Below, one piece after another: positions 49,935 to 63,918 of a DNA stretch of 64,000 bases. The position numbers and the translations under genes are program-made. This DNA comes from Octopus sinensis (taxonomy: Eukaryota): NCBI RefSeq assembly GCF_006345805.1, contig NC_043002.1, positions 42,098,001 through 42,162,000 on the forward strand. The letters run 5' to 3'. The notes below the pieces were generated by a model. It was not told the origin of the DNA. It did no database searches and saw nothing but the letters and a program-made list of their open reading frames with translations. The stretch's first letter is position 1; each line of letters starts with the position of its first letter.

Positions 49935-50307
49935 ATCACCACCACCATCACCACCACCATCACCACCACCACCACTACCACCACAACCACTACCACCACC
50001 ACCACCCACCACCACCACCACCACCACCACACCACCACCACCACCACCACCACCACCACAACCACCACACCACCACCACCACCACAACCACCACCACCAC
50101 CACCACTACCACCACCACAACCACCACCACCACTACCACCACCACCACCACTATCACTACCACCACCACACCATCACCATCACCACCACACCACAACCAC
50201 CACCACCACCACCACCACCACCACCACCACCACCACCACCACTACCACCACCACTACCACTACCACCACTACCACCACCACAACCACCACCAAACCACCA
50301 CCACCAC
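49935..50307. repeat. (ACC)n microsatellite, about 370 bp
   Basis: Seen directly. Confidence 0.95.
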
Positions 50308-50558
50308 TGTAAAATGCAATCCTAGATTTACAAAAACTCATAATGGTCATAGGTAGAATGCCTTTGATCATATAAGTCTGCAAGATTAAGGTTGACTTAA
50401 GGTCAAACCTTGACAATGTAAAGCTTCTTTTAATATTTAGTCTCCTGCAAACCAGGGACCACTTCTTTTTAGTGCTTCTCATATTTCCTTCCCTATTTCT
50501 TGAAAAAAATTTCCCTTTCTATTTTTATTATTTTTCCTTTTTTTTTTCATCGTTCCTT

Positions 50559-50651
<93 letters not shown>

Positions 50652-50809
50652 TTATCTTTCTTTCTTTCTTCTTTTTTCTTTCTTCCCTTCTTTTTCCTTC
50701 TTTCTTTCTTTCTTTCTTTCTTTCTTTGTTCTCTTTACTCTTAACTCCATCGATCAGTTTAGTTAAGAGACATACATATGCGCATACATGTCTTCCGTAT
50801 TAGCTCATG

Positions 50810-50950
50810 CATGCATACACATACATACATACACACATACATACATACATACATACATAATACATACATACATACATACACACACACACATACACACATA
50901 CATACATACATACATACATACATACATACATGTATACATACATACATACA

Positions 50951-50982
<32 letters not shown>

Positions 50983-51170
50983 CACATGCGTGCATGGATG
51001 CATCCATACATACTGATATACATACATATATACATACACACATACAAACATACACACTCACATACATACATACATGCATACATACATTCATACATACATA
51101 CATACATACATACATACATACGTACAAAGATACATATATACATGCGTACATCCATACATGCATACATTCG
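50810..51170. repeat. (CATA)n microsatellite
   Basis: Seen directly. Confidence 0.95.
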
Positions 51171-52701
51171 TCGCGCGCGCGCATGTCTGTGCACAAACGT
51201 GTGTGTATCATTTATTTATTTACAAATATTTCTTTATATATATATATATTTTTATTTACATATATACGTATTTATGTGTGTATGTACATACAATCCAAAT
51301 GTTATCTTTGCCACTTTTATTTTTTCGAATCTCTTCAAGCGCTTTCACTCTGAGCGCTTATAAGTGAACGTGTGTATGAATGATATATAAATATATGTGT
51401 GTGTGTGTGTGTGTGTGAATGATTATGTATGCATGTGTGCGCTTGTCAATCCATCTGCGTATTTGTCTTTTGGCATGTGTAATTGAGAAAAGGAGAGAAG
51501 AGAAAGAGAGAGAATATCTAATATCTATTCACTCACGCATACTTATATTATGTGTATGGATGTGTGTATGTATGTTTGAAAATTGAATAAGTATGCACAC
51601 GCATGCTCATATGTGTGTGTATGTTTGTTCATATATGTGTGTGTATGTATGCTTGTATGTATGTACTTTCTCTCTTTCTGTCACACACACACACACACAC
51701 ACTCACACATACACACACGCACACGTACATAGACATACATCTATAAAAAATATATCAATAAACATATCGATAATTTGAACAAATTGGTTTCTGATTTTTC
51801 TATCGATTATTTTCTGTGTCTTCAGAAAACAGGCGAGAGACAATCTTTTGTAAAATTATCTTCACTGTCTCAGACAACGTTTTCTTATAATTGTCATTAA
51901 TCCGGCAATTCAAAATGGTGCGTGTGACGCAGCCAAAGAGGATGTAGTTTCCATCGGCGGCGATATTTTTACTAAGCCTTTTGTTATTATTATAATTTTT
52001 TTTTTTCGCCACTGTTATAAATTTAGGTTGATTCGACGGCATGATGCTGCAGATCAGGCGTAATTCAGTGATAGACCTGAAGATGCGATGAGGAGGGACA
52101 AGCAGTGGAAGACTGAGAAACTGTAGAGATGGCAGACGATATTGAAGAGGAGTAGGATGAGGAGGATTAGGAGAGTGAGGCGTTACTGCTTGTTCGTGGT
52201 ATAAAACCCTCCTCCCCCAAGGCGGAGCACAATTCATATATCTTGCACTGTAATTCCACCTTCTTCATTTATTTCAAGTCGGTGATATTAAAGCAAACCG
52301 CCTCTTGGCGTGCCGCTGAATTCGCATGAAGCTGAGGATTTCTTTAAAAATTCAGCAAATAATTGATGAAAATTCTACTTCATGAAATGGTGGACGGAAA
52401 AAAAGACTATGTTAAAATATTATCAAGATGAGTCGTTAGAAGCTTGTTTTCTAACCACGTGGTCTTGACTTCAGTCTCACCTCGCGATACCATGGGCAAA
52501 TAAAGTTTTCTACTTTAGCAGCGGACTGATGAAAGCTTTGTGAATGGATTTAGTTGACAGTAACTGAAAGAAGACCGTCGTACATATATTTCTTAGTAAA
52601 CTCTTTCTCTCTTCCACTCTTTATTCCGAAAGCAACTGTAGGTGGCAGCACCAAACAGTCCCCAATCAAATATTTTACGTACGTAAGTGTGTGTGTGCGT
52701 G

Positions 52702-52746
<45 letters not shown>

Positions 52747-52754
52747 CACACATA

Positions 52755-52811
<57 letters not shown>

Positions 52812-52835
52812 GCACACACACACACACACACTTAT

Positions 52836-53056
52836 CAGCTGGCAGAAACGTTAGCGCGCCGGGCGAAACGCTTAGCGGTATTTCGTCTGTCGTTACGTTC
52901 TGATTTCAAATTACGCCGAGGTCGACTTTGCCTTTCATCCCTTTTGGGGTCGATAAATAAAGTACCAGTTGCGTACTGGGGTCGATATAATCGACTTAAT
53001 CCCTTTGTCTGTCTTTGTTTGTCCCCTCTACGTTTAGCCCCTTGTGGATAGTAAAG

Positions 53057-53060
<4 letters not shown>
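52836..53060 (+). mobile_element. SINE family A nested within a split SINE B (52430-52590 and 53150-53388)
   Basis: Family A sequence lies in the microsatellite region between the two halves of a family B copy. Confidence 0.8.
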
Positions 53061-53093
<33 letters not shown>

Positions 53094-53569
53094 TGTGTGC
53101 ATGCCTGTGTATTTGTATGTATGTGTGTGTATGTGCGTGCGTGGGTATGTATGTGTGCATCTGTGTGTTTTTATGTTGGTCTCTATCCCCTACCACTGCT
53201 TCACGACCGGTGCTGGTTTGTTACGTTCCCGTAAGTTTGTGGTTCAGCCAAAAGAGACGGACAGATTTAGGACTAGGCTTAAATATGTAAGCACTGAGGG
53301 TCGATTTGTTCGACTAGAAAAAGACTCTTCAAGATGGTGCCCCACTCGAATGACCACAGTCCAATGACTAAAACGAATAAAAGATTAAAAATAATCAAAG
53401 CACAAGTTAATCATGATGATACAATGCGTGTTTAATAGATGAAATTCTAGCTTTTCTCTCCTTCATCTGTGAATCTGTTCGATTCCTGGTAAAAACCAGA
53501 TCGCTTTCACCTTTGCAAAGGTATGACAGTCACAAAACTCACTTCCATTTAATATTGATTTCAAATTTT

Positions 53570-53725
53570 TGCACAAGGGGCAGCAAGTTCAGGTGGAAGG
53601 GATAAGTCGATTACATCAGCTCCAGTGTTCAACTGGTTCTTATTTCATCGACCCCGAAAGGATGAAAGGCAAAGTCGATATCGGCGGAATTTGAATTCAG
53701 AACGTGAAAATGGACGAAATGCTAC
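53570..53725 (-). mobile_element. SINE family A, truncated by the adjacent SINE B
   Basis: cgaccccgaaaggatgaaaggcaaagtcga. Confidence 0.85.
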
Positions 53726-53727
53726 TA

Positions 53728-53929
53728 GGCGCAGGAGTGGCTGTGTGGTAAGTAGCTTGCTTACCAACCACATGGTTCCGGGCTCAGTCCCACTGCGTGG
53801 CACCTTGGGCAAGTGTCTTCTACTATAGCCTCGGACCGACCAAAGCCTTGTGAGTGGATTTAGTAGACGGAAACTGAAAGAAGCCCATCGTATATATGTA
53901 TATGTCTGTGTGTGTGTGTGTGTGTGTGT

Positions 53930-53965
<36 letters not shown>

Positions 53966-54021
53966 GTAGTGTGCTTACGTCCTCGTAACTTAGCGGTTCG
54001 GCAAAAATGACCGATAGAATA
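53728..54021 (+). mobile_element. SINE family B
   Basis: GGCGCAGGAGTGGCTGTGTGGTAAGTAGCTTGC. Confidence 0.9.
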
Positions 54022-54797
54022 GTTTGCAAAGCGAGTTACTTAACCACACAGCCATGCCTTGCACCAGTTGTCTATAAAATAAAACGATCTGTCATATATT
54101 AGAGTGAAAGTATTCGACTACAAATCTGAGCCCTTCTTTTCTTTTTCCCTACTTTCTTTTCTCCCTATCAATGAGAAATCAGTTTTCCACATTTGTGGAC
54201 AAAATGAAAGCATCTTGTAAGAGATCAGTGAAAATTAAAGCACATTTGTATGAAGCCGATGGTCGGACAGAAATAGCAGGTAAAATCTGTCCGAAATTAT
54301 ATCCAAAGGTCTTTTAAAAAGTGGGGTATACTTTGGTAAATGTAATCCTAGATATACTGTTTAAAAATCTAAAGAGATGGACACGGAAAAATTGCCTTTG
54401 ATCACAGGCCTGCTTGTTCGGTGCGGAGCTCAACAATGATTACAACCTCTTCTAGAAATCTATAATAGGACAACGAAATCTCTACATGGTTTCTCAACCT
54501 TTTAGAAATAATAACCATATCTCTCTCAAATCACTCAACAGAATCACAAAAGAAATGAAGTACATATTAGATGGAAGTGATTCGTTTTCATACAATGATC
54601 ATTACAAACTCCTGTATGGCTTTTGTTGTGATGGCTAAAACAAACTAACGAAAGTTTTTCTTTCATTTCTTTTCTGCTTGCTCTTTATTTTTCTGATTTT
54701 GTTATTTAATTTCTTTCCTTTTTCTGTATTTTTCTTTCATTTATTTCTTTCTCTATTTTCTTGCTTTTCTTCATTCCATGGCTTTGTTCCTCTTTTT

Positions 54798-54829
<32 letters not shown>

Positions 54830-57800
54830 TTTTCCTTCCTTCCTACCTACCTACCTTTTTCCTTTCTTTCTTTCTTTTTTCCTTCCTTCTTTCCTTCTTA
54901 CCTACCTTTTTCCTTTGTTTGTTTGTTTCTTTCTATTTCTTTCTTTCTTTCTTTCTTTCTTTCTTTTCGTTCTTTCTGTCTTTCTTTCATTCAAAACTCC
55001 CATATTCAACATTCGCCTCATTTCTCAATTCCTTCACAGTAAGTGTTCAGCTATTCTCTTTATACTACGTTCAACTCTTTCGCCTTTCCATCCCTCTATC
55101 TTCGTAGCTCGTCTGCTCATTGCTATGATATCTGTACAGCTATTATTGGCAATATGCTTATCAATAAAGTTGTCGATAACATCATGTGTTTGCTTGTTTA
55201 CTTGTTTGTTTATTTATTGGTACAGTTTATCTTCGAATATTAGTATTTCTGCATTCACTTCCTTTCGAGCAGAAAAGAAAAGTATCAGTCACATCTAAAG
55301 TTTTTCAGTTTAATCATTCCGTGACAAGTAAGATATATTTTGCAATGATATTATTATTTCATTGGATTTTATTTTTATTTCTTTATATTCAAGTAAAGCC
55401 AAATACATTATATCGAAGAAATCCTATCTCACTTTCGTTATATGTCATGTTCTCGAAATTTCTACATGATAAAATTGAAACAAATGGAATTTTCTTAACT
55501 AGAAGTGAATAAATATGGTAATTCAAGATAGGAAGCCACCAAAATATATAAAATGTGCTGCGTTTAAAAGTAAAAGTCAGTTTCTATGGTGGGTCGACAT
55601 AGACAAGATGGCGGCAAACATCTAAGCGTTTCAGTAAGAAAGGCCAACACAGTTTATCCTTCTTCGGCATCGGCTACCATATTTACTGATTCAAAATGAA
55701 ACACTTCCAGTGTTGTTTATTTATGGCAATGTGTATGTATGTATGTATGTATGTATGTATGTATGTATGTATGTATGTATGTATGTATGTATGTATGTAT
55801 GTATGTATGTATGTATGTATGTATTTATGTATGTATGTATGTATGTATGCTTGCATGCAGGTATGTATTATATGTTCATATATGTTGGTATGTGTGTATA
55901 CATGTATGATATACATGTGGGCATACATGCATGTTTTCACATATGTTTATAGTATTATGCGTCTATATAAGTATGTATGTTTGTATGTATGACGCTTGAA
56001 AGCATGCATTCATGTATGTATATATACAATACGTGTATGTGCGTGCATGCATATAAGTTTATATGTAATCTATATATACGCATGTATGCATGCACATGTA
56101 TGTAAGCATTCAAATACATATGTAATATGTATATACGCATTCATGTATGCGTGCACGTACGCATTATATATAATGTAATATGAATATAGCTATCCATGTA
56201 CGTATGGACGTATGCATATATTCATGCATGTATGTATCAATGCAAGCTGTTTTCGTTGATTTGCCATTTATTTTTATCTGTGAAGTGTTGGATTAAAAAT
56301 TCAGTTGAAACATTTCACAATTTGATTTCGTTTACATATCACTAAAGAAGGAAAATAAAAATGAACGAAAAACAAAATAATGAAAGCGGAACGCGCCGTT
56401 TCTAATATATGAAAACTGGTACATACTTTGAAAGTAACGACAGCGTATGAGTGGATATAGACAAGTCAGTTTGTATATGCGTGTGAGTGTATGTGTGTGA
56501 TTATTTGTGTGGTGTTTGTGTATGTGTGTTTTTGTGTGTGTGTTTGCGTGTATAGTTTGTGTAATGTATGTGTAGATATAGACGAGTCAGTTTGTATATG
56601 GATGCGTGTGTGTGTATGTGTATGTGTATGTGCATGTGTGTGTGTAGTATGTTGTGTGAAAGAGAAAATAAAATAAAGTTGACAGAATCATCAAAAGCTG
56701 AGACAAATAGAGAAAGTGTGTGTTGTGTGTGTGTGTGTGTGTGTGTATCAGAGAAAGCGAGAGAGAGAAAGAGAGAGACAGAGACAGAGAGGTAGGGAGA
56801 GAGACAGAGATGAGAAAATTTGCAGAAGATAGCAAAATAAAAAGTGTAAAAGCAAAAGGAAATATCAATAATAATGATGATGATGACGATGACCATGATG
56901 ATGATGATGATGATGGTGATCATGAGGATGATGATGATAATGATGATGATGGTGATCATGAGGATGATGATGATGATGATGATGATGATAATGATTCGAA
57001 ACTAAAATCAACAAACGAAATTATTTTGATTGAAATAAACGCCACTCAAAAATCACGGTGACGGCAAAACCATCATTTGGACAGTACGAGTTGCGTCGGT
57101 TGTCGATTACTTCTGAAGATACTGTATGGCTTTATCAAACATTCAATGACATTAAATACTCATAAAAGCACAAAGATAGACGGGAAATCTTTCTACACCT
57201 TTATTTATTTTGCTTTGGTCTTTCTTCCTCTCTCGGGCGATTTTCTCAGCAGACAGATAGATTTTCAAGTAGACACAAGCACCGAAAAGCTAATAGAAGA
57301 GTCCTCCTATGGCGATTGCTAAAACAAAAATAAGGCAACAACAACAACAAAAACAAAATACCAACAAAACTTGTAGACGTTTGAGCAGGGATATAAAGGA
57401 ACAAAGAACTTTAAAAAAAATTTTCCTTTTAATTGCCACGACTTGACGCTCTACTATATATTACCAAAGTGACAGTATGGCTAGACAACATTATTCGGAC
57501 GATTTTCCAATGACTTCTACTCAACGTCTTTAACAGACATTAAACAAACGAAGAAAATTAATTTCAGCTATGAGTAGATTTGAACTTGACTTCATTTCGC
57601 CCTGGAGATTATTGCTTTATCGATGAACTAAATCGATAATCTCTGGTATCTGTTTCTCTTTCTCACTCCCTACTCTCACTTTCACGCTTACTCTATATGT
57701 CTTTGTCTCTCTCTTTCTCTTTCTCTTTCGCCCCCCCCCTCTCTCACTCATCCTCTGCCTGTCATTGGCTCTCTTACTCTCTCGTCAAACAGAAGATATT

Positions 57801-57999
57801 GTTTTGTTGTCTCTTTTTCAAGATCAATATTCTATGCACAGAAGTTAACATCTTTAATTTGAAAGTCTCCAAGTTACAGGTAAATAATTTTTCATTGATA
57901 TATATATATATATATATGTGTGTGAGCGTGTGTGTGTGCGCGCGCCCGCGTTTGTGTATGTGTACAAGAAGCCGTTTATTATAATTATGGATAAAATTT

Positions 58000-58200
58000 T
58001 GGCACAAGGCCAGCAATTTCAGGGGAGGGGTTAAATTGATTACATCGATCCTAGTGTTCAGCCGGAACTTATTTCATCGACCTCAAAAGGATGAAAGCCA
58101 TTAGCGACCTTACCGGTATTTGAACTCAGAACGTAAAGTCAGAAGAAATGCCGCTAAGCATTTTTTCGAACACCATAAAGATTCTACCAGTTTGCCGCCT
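58000..58200 (-). mobile_element. SINE family A, old copy
   Basis: Diverged family A sequence. Confidence 0.75.
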
Positions 58201-58459
58201 GAACTCACTAAAAATACGTTCCAAAGTAAAAAAATTTATCTACTGTCATGGAAAAAGTGTTACTGTAAAAATGCAGAATTATCGGAGTAATGTTCTTTTA
58301 AAAAGGTATGTATGTATAGAAATGTATGAATGAAGTCTTTAAGGTTTAAGATTCAAATTAAGGAAGTACAATAATAATGTTTAGCAGTTCAAAACTGTGA
58401 TTAGTGAAATACAGAGTTAGGTCGGCTGATCGTGAGAATCAAATATTGATCGCTTTGCT

Positions 58460-58990
58460 AACATCTGCAGGTGGTACGGGTTATTTCCCTTGGGTTGTTT
58501 AAATAAAATATTAGTAATATGTAGTAAATAAAAGGATTCATTGGAGGGGCCCTATTATCGACATTTTCCAACAATGTAAGTATGCCAGGAGGTTTCCAGA
58601 CATGAGTTCTACTCATGTGTCAAATGAAGTATAAAAGTGATATTGTCTGCAAAAATTAGAAATTGGACTCACAAAAAATCAATATTCAAAATAGTCGAAC
58701 TTAAACAATGAAATGAATTATTTCCCTTAAGTGTTTAAAAAATATATTGTGCAGGTGGTATGGGTTATTTCCCTTCGGTGTTAAAAAACTAGTTATATGA
58801 GGTAGATATAATTGTCCCTTCCAGGGGCCGTATTATCGACTTTTTTCAACAATCTAAGCATATCACGAAGTTTCCAGATATGAGCTCTTCTCACGTGTCA
58901 AGTTTCATCAAAATCAATAAAACAATATTGGGGGAGTTAGCTAACTACGCCACAAACAAACAAACACCGATTTTGCGCATATGTAGTATA
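58460..58990 (-). mobile_element. Helitron-like 5' region with a ~284-bp internal tandem repeat
   Basis: TGCAGGTGGTA-GGGTTATTTCCCTT at 58466 and 58750. The end AAGTTTCATCAAAATC..(CAAA)n..TAGTATATA is typical of non-autonomous Helitron 5' ends read on the minus strand. Confidence 0.55.
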
Positions 58991-59020
58991 TATATATATA
59001 TATATATATACATCTACTTC

Positions 59021-59062
<42 letters not shown>

Positions 59063-59103
59063 TAGCTAAATCTCTCTCCCCGTCTCTTTCTGTATCTATC
59101 TCT

Positions 59104-59156
<53 letters not shown>

Positions 59157-59450
59157 TATATATATATATATATATATAAAGGTGTATGTGTATACATAAA
59201 CATATACAGATGTGTGTGTACACATATACACATATACAGAATATACATACACACATTTGCACATGCATACATGAATCCACATAAAAGAGACAACTAGACG
59301 CACATGGGTTCCAGAGAGCCCATCTTAACCTCAACTAAACGAAGTATTATTCATTTAAGGTACTTAACGAGTAATTAAAAATTAAACGACTCTCAAACAT
59401 AGACCAAATATGAAAGAAACAAAACAAATTTGGGATTAACCACGCAAAGA

Positions 59451-59501
<51 letters not shown>

Positions 59502-60517
59502 CGTGCGTGCGTGCGTAAGTACTAGTACAGTGCTAGAGCGTTACTCAGGATTGTCGCTCTCAATATCTGCTAACAAAATCGTTCTATCATCTTTGAAAGT
59601 TAAAGATACATTAGGAAGGCTTTCCGTTGGACTTAAATTTACGTGCTTAGAAATCCTATTTCACAATCACTGAATAAATCAGTTCATAGTTATGGTGTGT
59701 TGCTACTATAATACACGATTACACTAACTCTTTCTGCGAGAAAACGATAAGAAGGACTCTAACCTGATCTCTCGGCCTACTTCCGTCGAGATTCTAGCGG
59801 TTGGAGCACTTTAACGCTTATAAGCAAAGTTTTGAGCAATCGGGGCTAACCTAGAGCTAAGCTACAACTACATATAGTGGCTGATACTGTTATTGATGTT
59901 GGTGTAGATGCTGCTGGTGCTGGTGTTTTTGTAGTTGTTGTTTAGCGCCAGATGAACTCCCATCCAGAATAACAATGACTGAAAACTTTTTAGTCGTGAC
60001 CATCTCAAATTATTCCTACAGTATTTTTATTCTATGCGTCCTTCCATAATAAGACAACTAAGTGTAATTTGAGGAAGATCTAGTTGCTGCTTCAAGCAGG
60101 TCGAGTGAATACGAAGAAATACCTCGCTCACTGGTATGTAAGAATATGTGTATGCAGAGAGACAAATGCGCGTGCGCTCGTGTGTCTATGTGTGTTAGTG
60201 TCTCCCTTCTCGTACGTGCAAATGCATATCCTTTTGTTTTAAATATTTTCACCAGTTTCCTTCTCATATTTATAAAAATAAATGATTTCTATATGTGTGT
60301 GTATCATAGTGTGGTCAATTTAATGAGTTTTGCGTCATATGCTTGACTGTTCCGGCAACTTGCTACGCAGGACAATGATTCCGGTTGCTATGACAGAAAA
60401 CGTTTTATAATAGCAAGAAAAATAAAATGCAAAGTATATAGAAATAATACCGACTTGATTATCACCATGGAAATATACCGAACGCTCCACATCTTTGGCC
60501 TGTCAACCAAGACCGTG

Positions 60518-61096
60518 ATTCAATTCAATTCAATTCAATTCAATTCACTTTTTATTGGCTCAAAAAGCAAAAGCAAGGCCATGTAGTGGGACAGGGAGTT
60601 ATGTACAGGGAGGGTGGTCATACAAAGAGTTCAGGCCATTTCTGGTCAAGAGAGACTTTGAACCGAGCAGTCGTCGGCATCTTCACTATCTCGTCCGGCA
60701 GCTTATTCCACGGATCCGCAACCCGGACGGAGAAAGCCCCTCTCCTTCGATTGAGATGAAATCGTCGTAGATAGAGCTTTTCGGAGTGACCCCGCAGCCC
60801 ACGCTCTGGAGCAGGAGTGAAGAACACCCCTTTCGAGAGGTTACACTATCCGCTTATGATGTTGTGAACGAGAATGAGATCACCATGGCGCCGTCGTTTT
60901 CCGAGAGAATAAAGGTCGAGCGTCTTCAGCCTTTCTTCATAAGACAAATACTTGAGACTAAGAACCATGCGGGTAGCCAGCTTCTGAACTATTTCGAGAT
61001 GATGTATGTCTTTGAGGAGATAAGGAGAAGAGGCTTGAATCCCGTACTCCAATATGGGTCTCACCAGCGTGACATAGAGCGGTAGGAATATGGCTG
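60518..61096 (-). mobile_element. CR1 LINE 3' fragment with (AATTG)n tail
   Basis: LYVTLVRPILEYGIQASSPY..LSYEERLKTLDLYSL..GDLI..LRGHSEKL..FSVRVADPWNKLP. Tail (TTCAA)n on the + strand. Confidence 0.92.
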
Positions 61097-61190
61097 CTCA
61101 AGAACACAACACACAGCCTGGTCCGGAAATCGAACTCACTACCTCATGATTGTGAGCCCGACGCCCTAATCACTGAGCCATTCGCTTTCA
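61094..61190 (-). mobile_element. SINE family C head joined to the CR1 fragment
   Basis: Minus strand TGGCTCAGTGATTAGGGCGTCGG..GAGTTCGATTTCC..GTGTTCTTGAGC, then directly CR1 sequence. Confidence 0.85.
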
Positions 61191-61585
61191 CATAACTACT
61201 GCTATATAAGCGTCTTAAAATTCATTACCACATTACACTATTGATGTCTCTTCAACTCAATAACAAACACTTACATGAAATTTGCTGCCATATAACAACT
61301 GCAAATGATAATGCAAATGAGTCCATTGAACACAGAGGTGTTATAGATATTAGTGACAACAAAATACCTGTTTGAGACGTTTGTATTATAACTGAAAACA
61401 TGAATATGGATATTACCTCAAAGTACATCTCGGAGTATTTTTTCATTGTTAAGTGATCTGGAAAAAGGTACTGTGCCTATGATTTTTGCAGGCTCTCTGA
61501 TGCCGGTTAGATCAACAGAGTTTATATTCTTCTCGAGCAATTGCGAGTCAACACGTGTATGAATAACATGCGCAGAAAAGGAATC

Positions 61586-62328
61586 GGATCTTTTCAGTTT
61601 CACTTACAGATTTTTAAAATTATCATTCTTTAACTAAACAGCTTTAAACTTCGTGTACTGGTTTAAATTCTCACGCTGAATACGGTTTACGTTCAACATT
61701 TTTGACAACATTTCGTATTTTAGAAATTATTTCACGTTAAAGTTGTATTTGGGTAATTTTGACCAATCAACGACGTGTATTCAGCTGAAGAAAGCTACTG
61801 CTATATGTGATAGTAATCGAAGAGCAACAACTTCCGGGTCATTTCTACTAAATGTCACCATTCTGTTCTATTTTATTTTTGTTTACTGTCTGTGTTGCAT
61901 ATTACACACTTTATTTTTTTGCTTTACGAGCGACTCTGTACATTTGCATTTCACCACTCATACAAAGAGGCGATCGGAAAGCAAAAACAAAAAAGCAAAG
62001 CATGTAATATGCAACACAGGCAATAAACAAAAATGAAATAGAACAGAATGGTGACATTTAGTAGGGATGTCCCGGAAGTTGTTGCTCTTCGATTACTATC
62101 ACACATAGCAGTAGCTTTCTTCAGCTGAATACACGTCGTTGATTGGTCAAAATTACCCAAATACAACTTTAACGAGAAATAATTTCTAAAATACGAAATG
62201 TTGTCAAAAATGTTGAAAATAAACCGTGTTCAGCGTGAGAAATTACATCAGTATACAAAGTTTCAAACTGTTTAGTTAAACGGAAAAAAATATAATTTTA
62301 AAATCTGTGAGCGAAACTGAAGACCTCC
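61586..62328. mobile_element. Foldback MITE with ~340-bp TIRs and 8-bp TSD (Merlin- or Mutator-like)
   Basis: Arms about 61586-61925 and 61977-62328, ends GGA...TCC, exact duplication AAGGAATC at 61578-61585 and 62329-62336. Confidence 0.88.
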
Positions 62329-63756
62329 AAGGAATCATACGCTATGACTGGCGGTATGAGGAGCAATGAGTGAGACGAGAGTATGACTGGTAGGGGAAGA
62401 AGAACAACCAGGACGGACTATATCTTTATATATCAATGCAAGAAACGTCTTCTGATTAAAGTTAAAACATTAGAATTAAAGTGTCCTATCTTATCATCCA
62501 GTGATTTACATGTACCTTACCGTTAATGCTATGAAGACCAACGTAGAAGGGCGGTAACAGAAAAGCAATCTTGCTGGCTTGCTGGTCTGCACTGCGCAAC
62601 ACAACAATGTAACAAGATATCTATTTATAGGCGAAGTACTTGAAATGAGTGTTTCCCAACCTGGATGCAAAGCTTTCATGGAATGAACGCAACACGCCCA
62701 GATAAAATACTTTCAAAACGACGCCTAAAGTAAGATTAGCCTTTATATACGTGTGTATTAGTGTATGTGTTCTCTGTGTCTATGTATGCGCACATGCGCG
62801 TGCGTGTGAATGTATGTATATATGAATATATGTACATACATATATACACACCTACAGTTATGTTTACAAACGCAAGAAAAGTGCACTCAATACATGATGT
62901 GGTTGGGTTATATAAATGTGTGTGCGTGCGTGCGTGCGTGCTTGTGCGTGAGTATATGCAGGGATATCAGATAAGAGATCTAAGTGAAGAAAAATGGTTC
63001 CAATTATTTCTCCCTCCGCCATCTTTCTCTGTAAGTGTTGTAAGAATGTATATGTTGGATGTGCTCTTCGAGTGTTACACATTCACCAAAGATGGTCACT
63101 AAAGATGGTCAGTTCAAATGAAATGCTAAAGTTGGGACAATAATCGAACAATAGGAAACTATTATTCTGTCCCCTATTATAAGTATTATGCTAGTAGCTT
63201 TAAGGTAGCTTTGTACACTTCGTAACTAGTTGTATCATATCGTGGACAGATAATGGGAGAATATGTGGACTAGCAAAATAAAACCCGAAAGCGAGCAACA
63301 TTTACACCTGTACACATAGTATTTGTTACTTGCTTTTTAGACCCATTCTATTTCTTTCTGAATCACCATAGCTAACTAGTCTTTAATCCGTCCACTATCT
63401 GAATTCATTCACTCCTGACCTTGCTTTTTCTTTCTTATTATTTCGCTTTTAACTGCTTCCCTCGAGTAAATGCTACGTGTCTCTTGGTGAGTAACTGTAT
63501 GTATAAATTCGCAGAAAATTTATTAACTGAAACATATTTCTTCCTGAAATAATTATATTTTCTAGTATCATTATATAATCTGGTAATTATTTGTTTTCAA
63601 ATCTAATAATACACGCTCAGATACAAAGAACGAACAAGCCTTAAGTGAGTACCTTTTTTTTCGAGTAATAGATAAATCAAACTAGTAAGTAGGAAGGTAG
63701 GTACAATGTGTCAGTGGCCATCGTACGTAACGCAGCACACCATGTGTTACTCCAAT

Positions 63757-63918
63757 CGATTACATCGACCCCAGTGCGTAACTGGTACTTAATTTATCGA
63801 CCCCGAAAGGATGAAAGGCAAACTCGATCTCGGCGGAATTTGAACTCAGAACGTAACGGCAGACGAAATACCGCAAGCATTTCACCCGGCGTGCTAACGT
63901 TTCTGCCAGCTCGCCGCC
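63757..63918 (-). mobile_element. SINE family A
   Basis: Near-consensus family A head and core. Confidence 0.9.

Noticed and set aside
55604-55615. YY1-like site CAAGATGGCGGC
   Set aside because: A single short motif with no other promoter evidence.
60345-60475. RFX X-box-like half sites (GTTGCTATGAC, CACCATGGAAAT)
   Set aside because: Imperfect matches that are expected by chance in 64 kb.
61785-61830. CTGAAGA...CGAAG hammerhead-like core in the MITE arms
   Set aside because: It has GAAG instead of GAAA, no NUH triplet and no stems I or III.
61743-62166. Two near-identical convergent ORFs (MYLGNFDQSTTC...)
   Set aside because: They are the two arms of the foldback MITE and have no protein-like features.
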